NCBI RefSeq assembly: GCF_009914755.1
Contig: NC_060931.1
From: the human T2T-CHM13v2.0 reference genome, Homo sapiens
Strand: one strand, 5' to 3'
DNA length: 64,000 nucleotides
The position numbers were made by a program, and so were the translations under genes. Of the stretch, positions 52,833-64,000 are shown piece after piece; within the stretch, counting starts at the first letter, position 1, and each line of letters opens with the position of its first letter. The notes below the pieces were generated by a model. The model made no database searches and was not told the origin of the DNA. It saw only the letters and a program-made list of their open reading frames with translations.

Positions 52833-53888
52833 ACATTTTTGAAATGGAAACAAAACTAACAAAAAGTTGGGAATACGTGGCCATTTATAAAGTACTTTCA
52901 AATAAGTCATCTCATTTGATCTTTATAATGATGCAAAATATGGCTTGTATTTTATTAGTGATTATTTAATGTTATTTAATTAATTATTTGGAAATATTAC
53001 TTTTCCAAGATAAGTGATCAGCCAAGTCAACTGATTTCAAGACCCTTACCCTTCCCAAGCTCCTATCAGTCTTTCTCTGGGAAGATAAGTATACCCATAG
53101 ATGTTTAGCTATTTTACTGCCTACCTCTTCCTTCCAATACAATAATTTAAAGTTTATCACAGATATTATTTTACCTTTCAGAGATAGAATAAAATAGATA
53201 TAAATTATTGTTTGGAGAATATTCCCTCAATATTACTCTTGAGGGAAATATACTTGGTCTTGAATCTTGTATTAGTAACGTGACAAAAAGTATTTTTAAG
53301 ATTATAATAATATTTTAAATCCTATATATGGAAAATAATTCTTCAGTAATTAGTACATCCCATAGCAGGAATAAATACCACATCTGAAGCCCTACTATTC
53401 TAATAGCTTCTATGGAATTCTAAAGTCATGTTTCTGACATCCATTGACATAGATATTATAGCTATGGAAAAGCATTAAATATTTCTTGTAACAAAATGGA
53501 ACATGAATACACATAGTACTAAAACCAATTTTTTATTTTTCACATAACTTATTTTATGGAATTATAACAATTAATTTTATTAAAATAACATTCTTACACC
53601 TGTTCCTTTTACAAACATGCCCAGATGAATATAAAAAGTAAAACAATAAGCTCTGTTAAGGTAAGGACTGTAGCTCCAATTTATGTCAGAAAATAATCTT
53701 TGGATAAATAATGGGTGATCAATAAAAGGTGATGACGGGTCTATATTGGTTAGTTCATATTTACACTGTCTCCCCAATGTGCCAGTCACTTTACTTCACA
53801 AGATACGTGGATACTTGTCTACGACCAAGCCCTCTGCAAGTTTTCATTTGAGTACAATCATGCATTTAGGGGAGAGTATGTGTGAAGA

Positions 53889-53897
53889 TACACACAT

Positions 53898-53936
<39 letters not shown>

Positions 53937-53959
53937 CACACATACAGAGAGAGAGAGAG
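53889..53959. repeat. (CA)n-(GA)n compound microsatellite
   Basis: Direct inspection. Confidence 0.93.
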
Positions 53960-54069
53960 GGTCTTTGTTGTTCCATATCCATCAGGAAGTTAAGCATTTT
54001 AACCAGTGGGGATTTGAAATCAGAATTATTACCATCAACATCAGAGATCTTAAAGAGAAAAAAAAATGT

Positions 54070-54530
54070 TATTTTTGTGTTTACTATACAGAAAATTTTA
54101 ATTGTAGGTAGCAGCTATGTACCAGGACTGAGGGAAAAAATAGGAAGAGGAAAATTTACCATAAACTAGAAGCTTGGTGCCCTGAAACCTGGTACTTAGA
54201 CCACAGATGAGCCTGCTCAATTACTGCCGCTGCCTCTGAGGAGCCCTGATGACACTGATGCTGAGATACTGATGGAAGCTGGTGGCTGGGTCCATGGCTG
54301 CTGCTAAAGTGATACTGATGGTGCCTGGAAAACAGGTAGAAAATACTCTCTTCCTTCATCTCACCTTCCAGCATCCCTCTAATATGTCCTATTGGCATAA
54401 CTGTACAAACTATCAGCTGGCCAAAGAGTTGGGGAAGTGAAATTTGTAGACTGCCAGCCCCACTACCACGAAACAGAAGACGGAAGAGTATATTTGTAGT
54501 TAAGAGACAATAGGTAAATAATTGGCACAG
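54070..54530. mobile_element. Ancient LTR relic (family uncertain)
   Basis: 'cttccagcatccctctaatatgtcctattggcataact...agctggccaaagag...aatttgtagactgccagcccca' resembles old ERVL/ERV1 LTRs. Confidence 0.4.
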
Positions 54531-54835
54531 TCACCCTTTCGGCTACCCAGCATTCATATGCATTCTCCCACACACGTTAGAACTTCCACACAAGAAAAAC
54601 AAATTCTTATCTCTGCCTAACAAGACACAACTACATTTAATGCAAAGTCACTCTCACTGTTGCCCCAAAATGAAGAAATACAAAGTCTCATCATAACTGT
54701 CTCTAGGAAATAAATTATTTTTCATATTCATTAACTGTCCTATCTTTTTATTCTGTAACATAAAGCCAAATTGTAAAATTAACTACTAATAACAATTCTT
54801 ATACTAAATAACAGAGAAACAAAGAAGGGAAAAAA

Positions 54836-54920
54836 TATTAATATATATAAAATATATATGTATATGTAATCAAAAATATATATCAAATATATATTTAATA
54901 TATGTCAAAATTATATATAA

Positions 54921-54971
<51 letters not shown>
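54836..54971. repeat. (TA)n microsatellite with AT-rich flank
   Basis: About 23 perfect AT units at 54925-54970. Confidence 0.97.
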
Positions 54972-54974
<3 letters not shown>

Positions 54975-54976
<2 letters not shown>

Positions 54977-55170
54977 GCACAGTATGGAATGGCTATATCA
55001 AACTATTTAACATATGCTTTCCCTCACATATTTAACATTTTTTGTGTGTGGTAAGAACTTTTAAAATCTATTTTCTTGGCAATTGTCAAATATTACAATA
55101 TATTGGTATTAACTGTAGTCATGATTTACAATAGATGTATTGAACTACCTCCCTTGTCTAACTGAACTTT
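54975..55170 (-). mobile_element. L1MA 3'UTR fragment
   Basis: 'aacatatgctttccctcacat...gtggtaagaacttttaaaatcta...attaactgtagtca...tgtctaactgaa'. Confidence 0.75.
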
Positions 55171-56456
55171 GGTTAAGATTTGTTAATATTACAGATTTAT
55201 TTTATTACATCATATATATTATATATACATATATTTTTAATGATCATTGAAGAAAATATGCAGACCTGTTACAGAAACAGAAAATCCTGTTTTTGTAATT
55301 GGTCACAAATCTATAGGTTTTCTTTTTACATTCTTGTTTTTCCTTATTTATTCTGTGTTCCTGTTGCCCTCCACTGGCACCATGGTTGTTTAGCTTTCTT
55401 TAGTTGGTGGGCTGACTCAAGCTTTTCTAACAAGAGGAGCTAAATACTGAGTGGTCTTGACTTTAGTAGGATTCCATTTGCTTTCATTAATTTTTACATT
55501 TGAATATAGACAAACTAAAGAGAATCCCAGAAGACCGACTTAATCCCAGACATCTGCCTTCATTCTAGAGCAGTCATTGAATTTCCTCTTGGTTATCTGA
55601 TTCTGTCAAAACATCTAGTAGAATTTCTTCCTTGCCTATTGACTCAATGGTAGGAGAAGTCCAAAATGGCTGTTGGCTTTCTCAATTTCCAATTCAGGGA
55701 AAACATTTTTGTGTACGTATGAAAGCATTCTTCTCTTGAACTGAGTCAAGGTCACTATTTTAAAACTGATCTTTAAACCAACAGAACCCCAAATTGCAAG
55801 AAGAGGAATCAACAATGCTATGGGTGATGTTCTAGCTTCTAGCTTTTGATTCCTATGCCACTGTATTATAGCTAGTTGAAACTATGTACTGTATCTGTTA
55901 GAGAATGTCCCAGATTTTATAGAGAATATATTTTATAGAGTTAAAAAGTACTTGTTCAGTCACCACAGCACCCTATAATTGATTTGATGTTTTTCATTCT
56001 CAATTGCCAAAATGATTAATTGTTTTGGTGATATGTACATGAAGCCTTAAATTAAACAGTTGCCTGGGCTTTCTTACATACTTTTTCTTAGATACACACA
56101 GTAACCCTACTGCCAGATTTTTCCTGTGTTCAGATACAATGGAAAGAACAATCTTGAAAAACTTTTTCTCCCCAACCCTTGTAGAGTAGAGGTATAAGGT
56201 TAGATACATAGTTTTAGCTCTCAGAGACGTATGTACCTATAAGCATCCACAGTGAAAGTACCTGTACATTGTCAGTTTTCGCCTTCTTTTTCTCATTCTC
56301 TGCTGTGAATTCTCTCCATTTCTTTCTCTTTAACAACAACAAACAAAACCTCCATTTCTCTTTATCCCCTCACCTCTGGTTTCCACTTTAGACCTGCCAG
56401 TTAGCAGTCAATGATACTCATAAGCTTTGCCAATCTTTATTTAAAAATGGTAATAG

Positions 56457-56679
56457 GCCAGGTGCAGTGGCTTGCACCTGTAATCCTAGCACTTTGGGAG
56501 GCCAAGTATCTGAGCCTGGTGGAGCATGCCTGTAATCTCAGGTACTCGGGAGGCTAAGGCAGGAGAATCGCTTGAATCCTAAATGGGAAGGTTGCAGTGA
56601 GCCGACATTGCACCACTGCACTCCAGCCTGGGCAGCAGAGTAAAACTCTGTCTCAAAAAGAAAAAAAAAAAAAAAAAAA
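56457..56679 (+). mobile_element. Alu SINE with internal deletion
   Basis: Left-arm start 'ggccaggtgcagtggc...ttgggaggccaag' joined to the right arm 'tatctgagcctggtggagcatgcctgtaatc'; poly(A) tail. Confidence 0.93.
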
Positions 56680-59600
56680 GTTTAGTAACTAATACATTGT
56701 TGCTTAATTTTATATTATCAATCATAGTCTCTTCATATATAATGAAGTTCTTTTTATGACCTTTTCCCTACACTTTACTGACAACAGAACCTTGAACAAC
56801 TTTTTTTGTCTGAAATCATGCTACCTTGGAATGTTATATGTAAGCACAACTTCTTGCTGTCTAACTACATCTAATGATGTATTGCATAAGCCTAGTGATC
56901 CATCAGACTATCTAGGAAGCTCATAGATAAGTAGACCTCTGTTAAATATATATTGTAAAAGACAATTTTGTACTATTGTCTATTATAATCCATGATATGA
57001 TGGAAAAACACCAAAGGTAAAAAGTGGGTTACTTCCCTAAATGATGAAGCTTTAGGTTTAAAATTTTCTTTAGGAAACATTCAGTCTATGTGCATTGCGA
57101 TTTTTTTAACGCATTTTTCTTTTAATTATTTCTTCAAACTCCAGAGAGGTAAGTTTAAATCTCATATCTGACGAATCCTATGGACAAGTCCATAGCCAAG
57201 TTATTTTAGCTTCCCAACCTTCTATTTCTTCTTCTTCTTTTTTTTTTTTTTTTTTTTTTGATTAAAAGGATTAGTTGTACTAGTTAAGTAATAAGCAGTG
57301 GGGGATAGATTTCCATACTGTGTGTCACCACCAAAGCAACTATGTTGGAATCTTTTCCATTCCACATATCATTACTACTCTCTGAGGATCAAGGAGTTCA
57401 ATTTAGGCATAGAGTATATGTGAACACTGAACAATTCAGACTTGAGCTCAGCAAAGTACTAACACATAGGCCCACATGATATACTGGTGACTCTAGAATG
57501 TCCCAGCCTGAGAATGAGGACAGCTCAATCAGGTTCAAAGAGCAAGGGCTGCTATTTAGACAGTTGATTGGTTTCCAAGAACTCCCTGACACCTCTTGTA
57601 AGTGATTCCCTCTATTCCGCTTAATAACACCCCAATTATTTAGATCATTTTCCCAATACTATCTTCTCCAAAGTTATGCTGTTTTTCTTTCCATCTCTGT
57701 TGAGCAAAAAGCACACAGACAAATGTTTATAGCTATGTGGAATTAATAGAAAATAGAGTGTATTAGATAAAAGTGTACAAGTAGAAAAGTAGCCACGTAC
57801 TAACCATTACTCTCATTTTTGTTTTCAAAAAGAGAAGTATGCCTCGGTGAGATTCATCTGTAATAGTCATACCATGAAAAAGCATCCTGGTGCAGGACTA
57901 TATTAATGTTCTACATATTGATAAGCTAAGCACAAGTTAAGGGAACACCTGGAAGACTATGTAATAACGGAATTTTCTTGGTTGAGGAACTGTCCTCATT
58001 TGAAAGGTGGAGCCTCTGAAACAAGCAACTAGAATCTGCCAGTGCTTCCACTGAGCTAACTCAAACCTGCTGAGGTGGATTTTTACTAAGATTCTAAAAG
58101 ATAAAGAAAATGAACTTCCAGGGTTATTCATACTTATTTCTCTTAACTATTCTAGTATTTCAACCCTCATTTTCTATAGGTTGAGGGAGGGGATGGGAAA
58201 ATGAGGGTTGTCGTCATGTTCTGTATGGAATTTTATTTTCATTTCTCTTTACCAACTTCATTTGTGGACTACTTTTTGGTTCTTAGGAGCCCAATTAGAA
58301 TTTTTTAAAAACATGAGCACCAATAGTTTCTTTTTCATTGCATTCTGAGATAACAACCCCTCTGGAGACAAGGCTGGAAGAGGCTAGAAATTCTGTAAAT
58401 AAGCAAAGCATGAAGATACATATGTCAAGATCTTATCTTTCTATGTCTATTTCAAAAGGTTTTTTGTGAGAATTAATGAGATAAAGTATGTAAATCATTT
58501 ATCATAACATCTGTTTAGCACAAACAGATTGATTTATTGAGCTACATTTGGATAGCTATTAGTGAAAGTTAAATTTGTCACAAAATGTCCAGTATATATA
58601 AGTTGAAAATGAAGATAATAGCACAGTTAAGGCTCATTTAAACATAGCAGTTTGGTCATAATTATCTATTTAAATTCAATCATTTGAAGACGGTTAGTTG
58701 ATTTGGGGTCCATCTATTAATTACCAAATGAGACTGGCTTTGTTCATGTAGTCTCTAATAAATACCATCTGTTGTCATTGAAATGTAGAGAATGTATGGG
58801 ACCCAACATAGAAAAATTCATAAACCATTTAAAACTGTGTATTAGCAATAAATAAGACTGATACGTACAGTAAATCAAAATCTAATTTATAATAATACAT
58901 ACATCTAATAACAATCTCCCTGATTTTTGAGGATTATAATTAGGATATATTCATTGTCGTTAAAAAATCCTAAATATTAGATATATTTAGCCCCATTTCT
59001 GGGAAAAATATTTAAAGGTGAGAAAATATAACCAGCCCAAACTCCACCGAAGTAATAAGTGTGAATGCTAAAACTTGAGTCTAGATCTATCTCATTCTCT
59101 AACTTAATCTGTCACTGTTAGACCAAACTGCTCAAATCATCCACTTCTCTTTTGTCTAGAATGAGTTGATTAAACAAAATTTCACTGGCTATTTGTATAG
59201 TATACATATTTTCTGAGATTTATTGTGGAATGTCTTATCCTTAGAGTTTGTCTAATGGAGAAAATTAAGTGGGATAATAATGGCATGAGAATACTGAGGG
59301 ATATTTATCTTAATTATTTCTCAGCTTTTTTGGCTAATAAGTAAGCAAAGTCTTTCTCATCTAAAATAAGATTTAAGGATCAGATTATGATTTCAAAACA
59401 GCAAAATGATACCTGAGTCTTAAAGAAAATTAATGAAGCTCCCTAATTATCTGACTTATTACTCAGTTTCAACACGGCATGACAAAATCTGAGTCAAATT
59501 TAGGCAAATTTCTATTGATTACTAGAATGGCAACATTCTGGGTTATTCTTCTTTTCCTTTTGAGCTATAAATCCAAATATGTTAGGTGGCCTATAATTTT

Positions 59601-60095
59601 CACACTGAGTAAGTCTTACATTCAAAATCGTCTCTTGACTTTTCCTTTCATAAGTAAGCCACAGAACACCTGTGAGGTTACTAATAATAAAACATTTGGC
59701 ACTGGGATTATTTTAATAGTTTCTGCAGCATACAACCTAACACTGCCACTGCACATACTGAATAGAGAGAAATAAATGCCTGGAAATATGGTCCTGTATA
59801 TTGGTATTTTCAAAGAAAGAACCCTTGTTTCTGTCAAATTGACACATATTACACAAGTATTAAACCATTTACATTGCCTCTGTTACAATAAGTTTCTATC
59901 CTGAGTCCTTCAGTCTAAGCTTTATAGAGAGTAGTCTGAATCAGTATAATAAATAACTATATATAACTATATAGATGATAGATATATGGATGACAGATGA
60001 TAGATAAATAAAATGCATAATTATACATCATACCCAGATATAAACCCATATGCACATTTGAGTTACTTCATTCCACAGCCTTAGTTATGTCATTT

Positions 60096-60117
60096 CATCA
60101 TCATCATCATCATCATC
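60096..60117. repeat. (CAT)n microsatellite
   Basis: 7 CAT units. Confidence 0.9.
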
Positions 60118-60811
60118 CACTTATAAAGCACTCACAATATACAAATTGTAGAACGGACTATTGTTTTTCTTAATTCTTGTTAAAGTTCATTTTTGTGTTT
60201 AATGTAAGAGGAGTTCAACAGTCCCTTTTGGAATAGAGCACTACGAATTCAAAGTGAATCTTGTCACTTTCTATGCATATAGATTCCTCTTTTACCCATG
60301 CTCATTATTTCCAGATGAAGTTGCCTAGAATATATGCCCCAAACTCCAATTCCCCCATTAGTAAAATAAAGATGATAATAATAGCTATGTAATATATAAC
60401 AAGGGTGAGCAAGCCTTTACACTCAGCCCACCAAAGTACTTGAAAACAACTTTAATTGTAAGATTAACTTCATGGGTGTTCAAAGCTGGGGAAGTACACA
60501 GACAATATGCTTCAGGAGAAAGGCAATTGAAAAGAGCTAATTCAGTAGGAATGGTGGGTTTCTGTTCCACCAATCCTTTTATAGTTATTAGAATTGTCTA
60601 AAGAAAATTCCAACTGGTAAAAGACAATTACACAAAACTCATCCAATCCAAGCTGTAAGTAGTCTCATAATCATGCAGCAAACTAATAGCATTAAACATC
60701 TTAACAAAGATAACAAAATGAAAATTGTCTTCTCATGATAAAATAATAGGCTAAAATAAAAGAAATTCTAATTCCAAATCTGTGCCAAAGAAGCACAGTA
60801 TTTCTTTCCAT

Positions 60812-61265
60812 TTCATACATTCATTCATCTATGCCTTCATCTAACACATATTTATTTAGTTTATCTAATTTTTTGGAATTGTCTTAGGTGAGAGAGAAGT
60901 GGAAAAAAAGATCTCTGGATTAAGGGAACTTACATTCCAGGAGGGGTCCAGCTGGGAGACAAATAATTGTATGCCAGAGAGTGATACATGATAGAGGGAA
61001 AAACAACCCAGGGAGGGATCATAGAGAGTGGGGTGATGGGGGTGGGAGATTCCTCCTTGAACTTGAAACCATCTAGAAATGGGATTGTGGGAGATGAAGA
61101 TGACCTGGGAATCCTTGGCTTCTTGAGATAACTGATAGAAAGACGAGTAAAGAAAGAATCGTGTTAGTTTTGATGACTGCAAGATTATAGTTCTGGTAAA
61201 ACTGTGAATATTGGGGTAGAGGAGCAGGAGTAAGGGCCAAATCAAATTGTGCAGAAGTCTGAGCA
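60812..61265 (-). mobile_element. L2 LINE relic
   Basis: 'cattcattcatct...aacacatatttattt...aagggaacttacattccag' followed by a purine-rich body. Confidence 0.55.
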
Positions 61266-62759
61266 TCTCCTTATCTTTCCAAAGTTGATGTGGAGGCTCA
61301 GAGAGAGAGAACAGTCACTTCCAGATGGTTAGAAAAATCTTAGTAATCAAATACTTGGATAGATAAGAAGAAGGTTAAAAACTACTACTTGAAGTTATGC
61401 AAATCAACAATACTTGAAGAGAACAGACAAGTGTTTAGAAATGTTACAATTAAGAGGCTGGCAGGAGGATAATCATTGTTAAAACTTTTACTTTGAAGGA
61501 TGAGTATAGTTTAGATTTAAGTCAGAAATAATGCAAGAAATTAATGGGCATACTTTAATAAAGTTAAACTTTTTTTGAGGAACGTAATTTTAGTGAACAT
61601 GCAACCTATTATATAAAAATAGAAAGAGTTGGAGTTTCTCTCAGGATTTTTACAATGTTTAACAAATCTCAACACAAAGAATTTAAAATGTGTAACTAAA
61701 AGAGCAAATGAAAATTCTTATCTCCAATCCGCATGTTCTTTCTATTCTTAGAGGGAAAAAGCACATTAAATAAAAGGCTCCCACTCCTCCCTATCACTAC
61801 TATTTATTAACACTACATGAGCTTGGGCTAATTTCTTATAAGCTGGAGGAGGTAATAATGGAATCCAGATTTACTATTTATACTGATTTGCAGCTACCAT
61901 TGAGAGAGGTTTTGAAGACTTTAGAAGGATCAGAGTGACCATATGCAATTTCCTGATTAAAAACAAGTAAGTAAACATATTTCAAATCTCCTACTTCACT
62001 GTTGACATTATTCACAAAAAGAAACATTTTAGAGTGATTCAAGAAATAAACCAAATAAACCAAGCAATATATTTAATGAGAACCCTGCACACCAATGGAC
62101 AAGAAAACCACAAACAAATAAGCAAGCAAAACAAAATTAACAGATATACACACAAAGCCACACACAAACACACCCCCAAAACACCCCTTCTTTTGCTATG
62201 CTTAGATATTTTATATCCTGTGCACAATACTCTTCCAAATTCTAGTTAATGCATTGGTCCTTGAAATTTTGATTTAATGATATGATTTGGCATAAATTAA
62301 AAGAAATCACAGTTCTGAAAGAGTATATCAATGTTTCAAATCGTCCAAGATAATTTTGGCATTTATTGTACTTCGCCACTCCACATATCATAAAGTAGTT
62401 TTTTAGATAAAGAATTACAGCCCCACAGAAAATATGTTAGATTTTCACGCAGAGAGCATTCCACTACTGTGATTCAGTCAGAACACATTTCATCTGTTGT
62501 AGTCAAAAAAGAAATGACAGATTGTTAAAAGAGGATGAACTTCTGATTAATAGAAATGCACACATGGCTACAGAAAAATGACTTGTTGAGAAATCTAAAT
62601 AAAACTAACAGCAAAAGTATTAAAAGACACAAGAAATGTCAAGTTATAATAATTAGTTTGCACCCATTCAAACATGCTGATTATAATTTATAATTTTACA
62701 AATATTCAAAAACTTTAATAGTTGAGACAGTTTAAGAACTAATGGTGAAACTAAAATAA

Positions 62760-64000
62760 GTATTTAAAATGCCAATTTTTTTTCCTCATGATTGTCCTCT
62801 CCTTTCTGAATTTTGTGTAAGTTATTATCTGGCTTCCCTTTGTAATTTTACTGTATCTGTATGTGCTCCTAAACAATGTATCATTTAGTTTAGCCTTATT
62901 TGTAAAAATGAAATCATTTAGTATGTATTCTTCTGGTACTTTTATTTCAATCAACATTATTTTTTTGAGATCCATCCAGGCCGTGTATAGTTCAATCATT
63001 TTCAGTGTCATGTAGCACTCAACTGTAAGAATGTACAGCAATTTACTCTTAGTTTTACTGTCAATGGATATAAGTTGTTTGATGTTTTTTGGTTTTTAAT
63101 TTTCTTTTTACTTACAATGATGCTATAAACATGTCTACATTTCCTGACATTATGTGCAAGAGTATCTCTAGAGTATTTATCTATGGAGTGGAATTTTGGA
63201 CTGGTAGAGTGTGTGCATATTTAAATTTATCAGGTAATACAAATTTGTTTTCCTTAGTGTTGCTAGCAAACTGTACTCCTACCTACAGTGTGCATCTTTC
63301 TTTCTTTACATCCTCACCAACGCTTAACAATGAAAAACACTGTTTTGACAATCTGGTAAGGTAAAGTCAAACTTTTTATTATTAAATAGCATCATTACTA
63401 TTAATAAGCCCAGACATCTATTCATTTTATTAGACTTCCATGTTTCCTTAGTGACTTGACTATTTGTGCCTATGTCAATTTTCTATTGTCATTTGCCTTT
63501 TACTGATTGATTAGTAGAAATATTTTATATATTTTGGGGACAATACTTTGTCAGTTATTACCATTGCAAGTATCTTTCCCAGAGGGAGTTTTGTTTCGTA
63601 ACTTTCTTTATGGTATATTTTGATGAGTAGTTGTTCTTAAAATTTTTTTGAAATTAAGCTTTATATGTTGAGTTAGCTTTATTTTAAAACACAGTTGAAG
63701 AAATGAAGCAAAGAGAACATTTGTATCCTTCAACCGATTTCCCCCAATGGCAACAACTTGAAAAACTGTAATGCAGTTTTTATATACAGCCCGTATACTA
63801 ACATTTTTATAGTTTAAATACAAAGCACTTTCAGCTATACAAGAATCCCTCCCTTTTATAGCCATATCTACCTCCTTTTCCAACACCCTTAATCCCTGGC
63901 AATGACTACTATGTTATCCAGCTCTATGATTTTGTCATTTCAAGAATGTTATATAAATAAAATCAAACAATGTGTAATTTTTTGAGATTGCCTTTTCACA
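62760..64000 (-). mobile_element. Old antisense L1 3' fragments (L1ME-like, then L1MC/MB-like running off the window)
   Basis: 'caacattatttttttgagatccatcca', 'atatattttggggacaatactttgtcag', 'ccctggcaatgactactatg...ttttgtcatttcaagaatgttatataaat'. Confidence 0.75.

Noticed and set aside
53222-53247. 9-bp inverted repeat ttccctcaa/ttgagggaa
   Set aside because: Short enough to be expected by chance in 64 kb of AT-rich DNA
57937-58115. Possible minus-strand exon after a pyrimidine tract and AG near 58095-58110
   Set aside because: Only weak donor candidates and no recognisable protein similarity; cannot be supported without transcript data
60865-61266. 133-aa minus-strand ORF
   Set aside because: It lies within a probable L2 relic and has no recognisable domain

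Overview
This is AT-rich, CpG-depleted primate genomic DNA, very likely human (Alu, L1PA and THE1 elements are present). It looks intergenic or deep-intronic, and I can see no intact protein-coding gene, RNA gene or CRISPR array. The one gene-derived feature is a near full-length, intronless, disabled processed pseudogene of ribosomal protein L3 (RPL3/uL3) on the minus strand at about 33226-34504. The rest is layered transposon debris: 5'-truncated LINE-1 copies of several ages, five dimeric Alus plus a FLAM monomer, solo LTRs (LTR8-family, THE1D-like, MLT1/MST), hAT MITEs (MER20, MER3, MER5), MIR/L2 relics and microsatellites. Nearly all ORFs in the supplied track are repeat-derived, antisense to the pseudogene, or chance. 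I found no evidence of a novel biological system. The observations worth a second look are structural: an inverted (twin-primed-like) L1, an inverted duplication inside an old L1, a nested L1 tail, small tandem duplications, a perfect 14-bp hairpin, and a few repeat-free islands that may be regulatory. Subfamily names come from recalled consensus sequences, and boundaries of old repeats are approximate.
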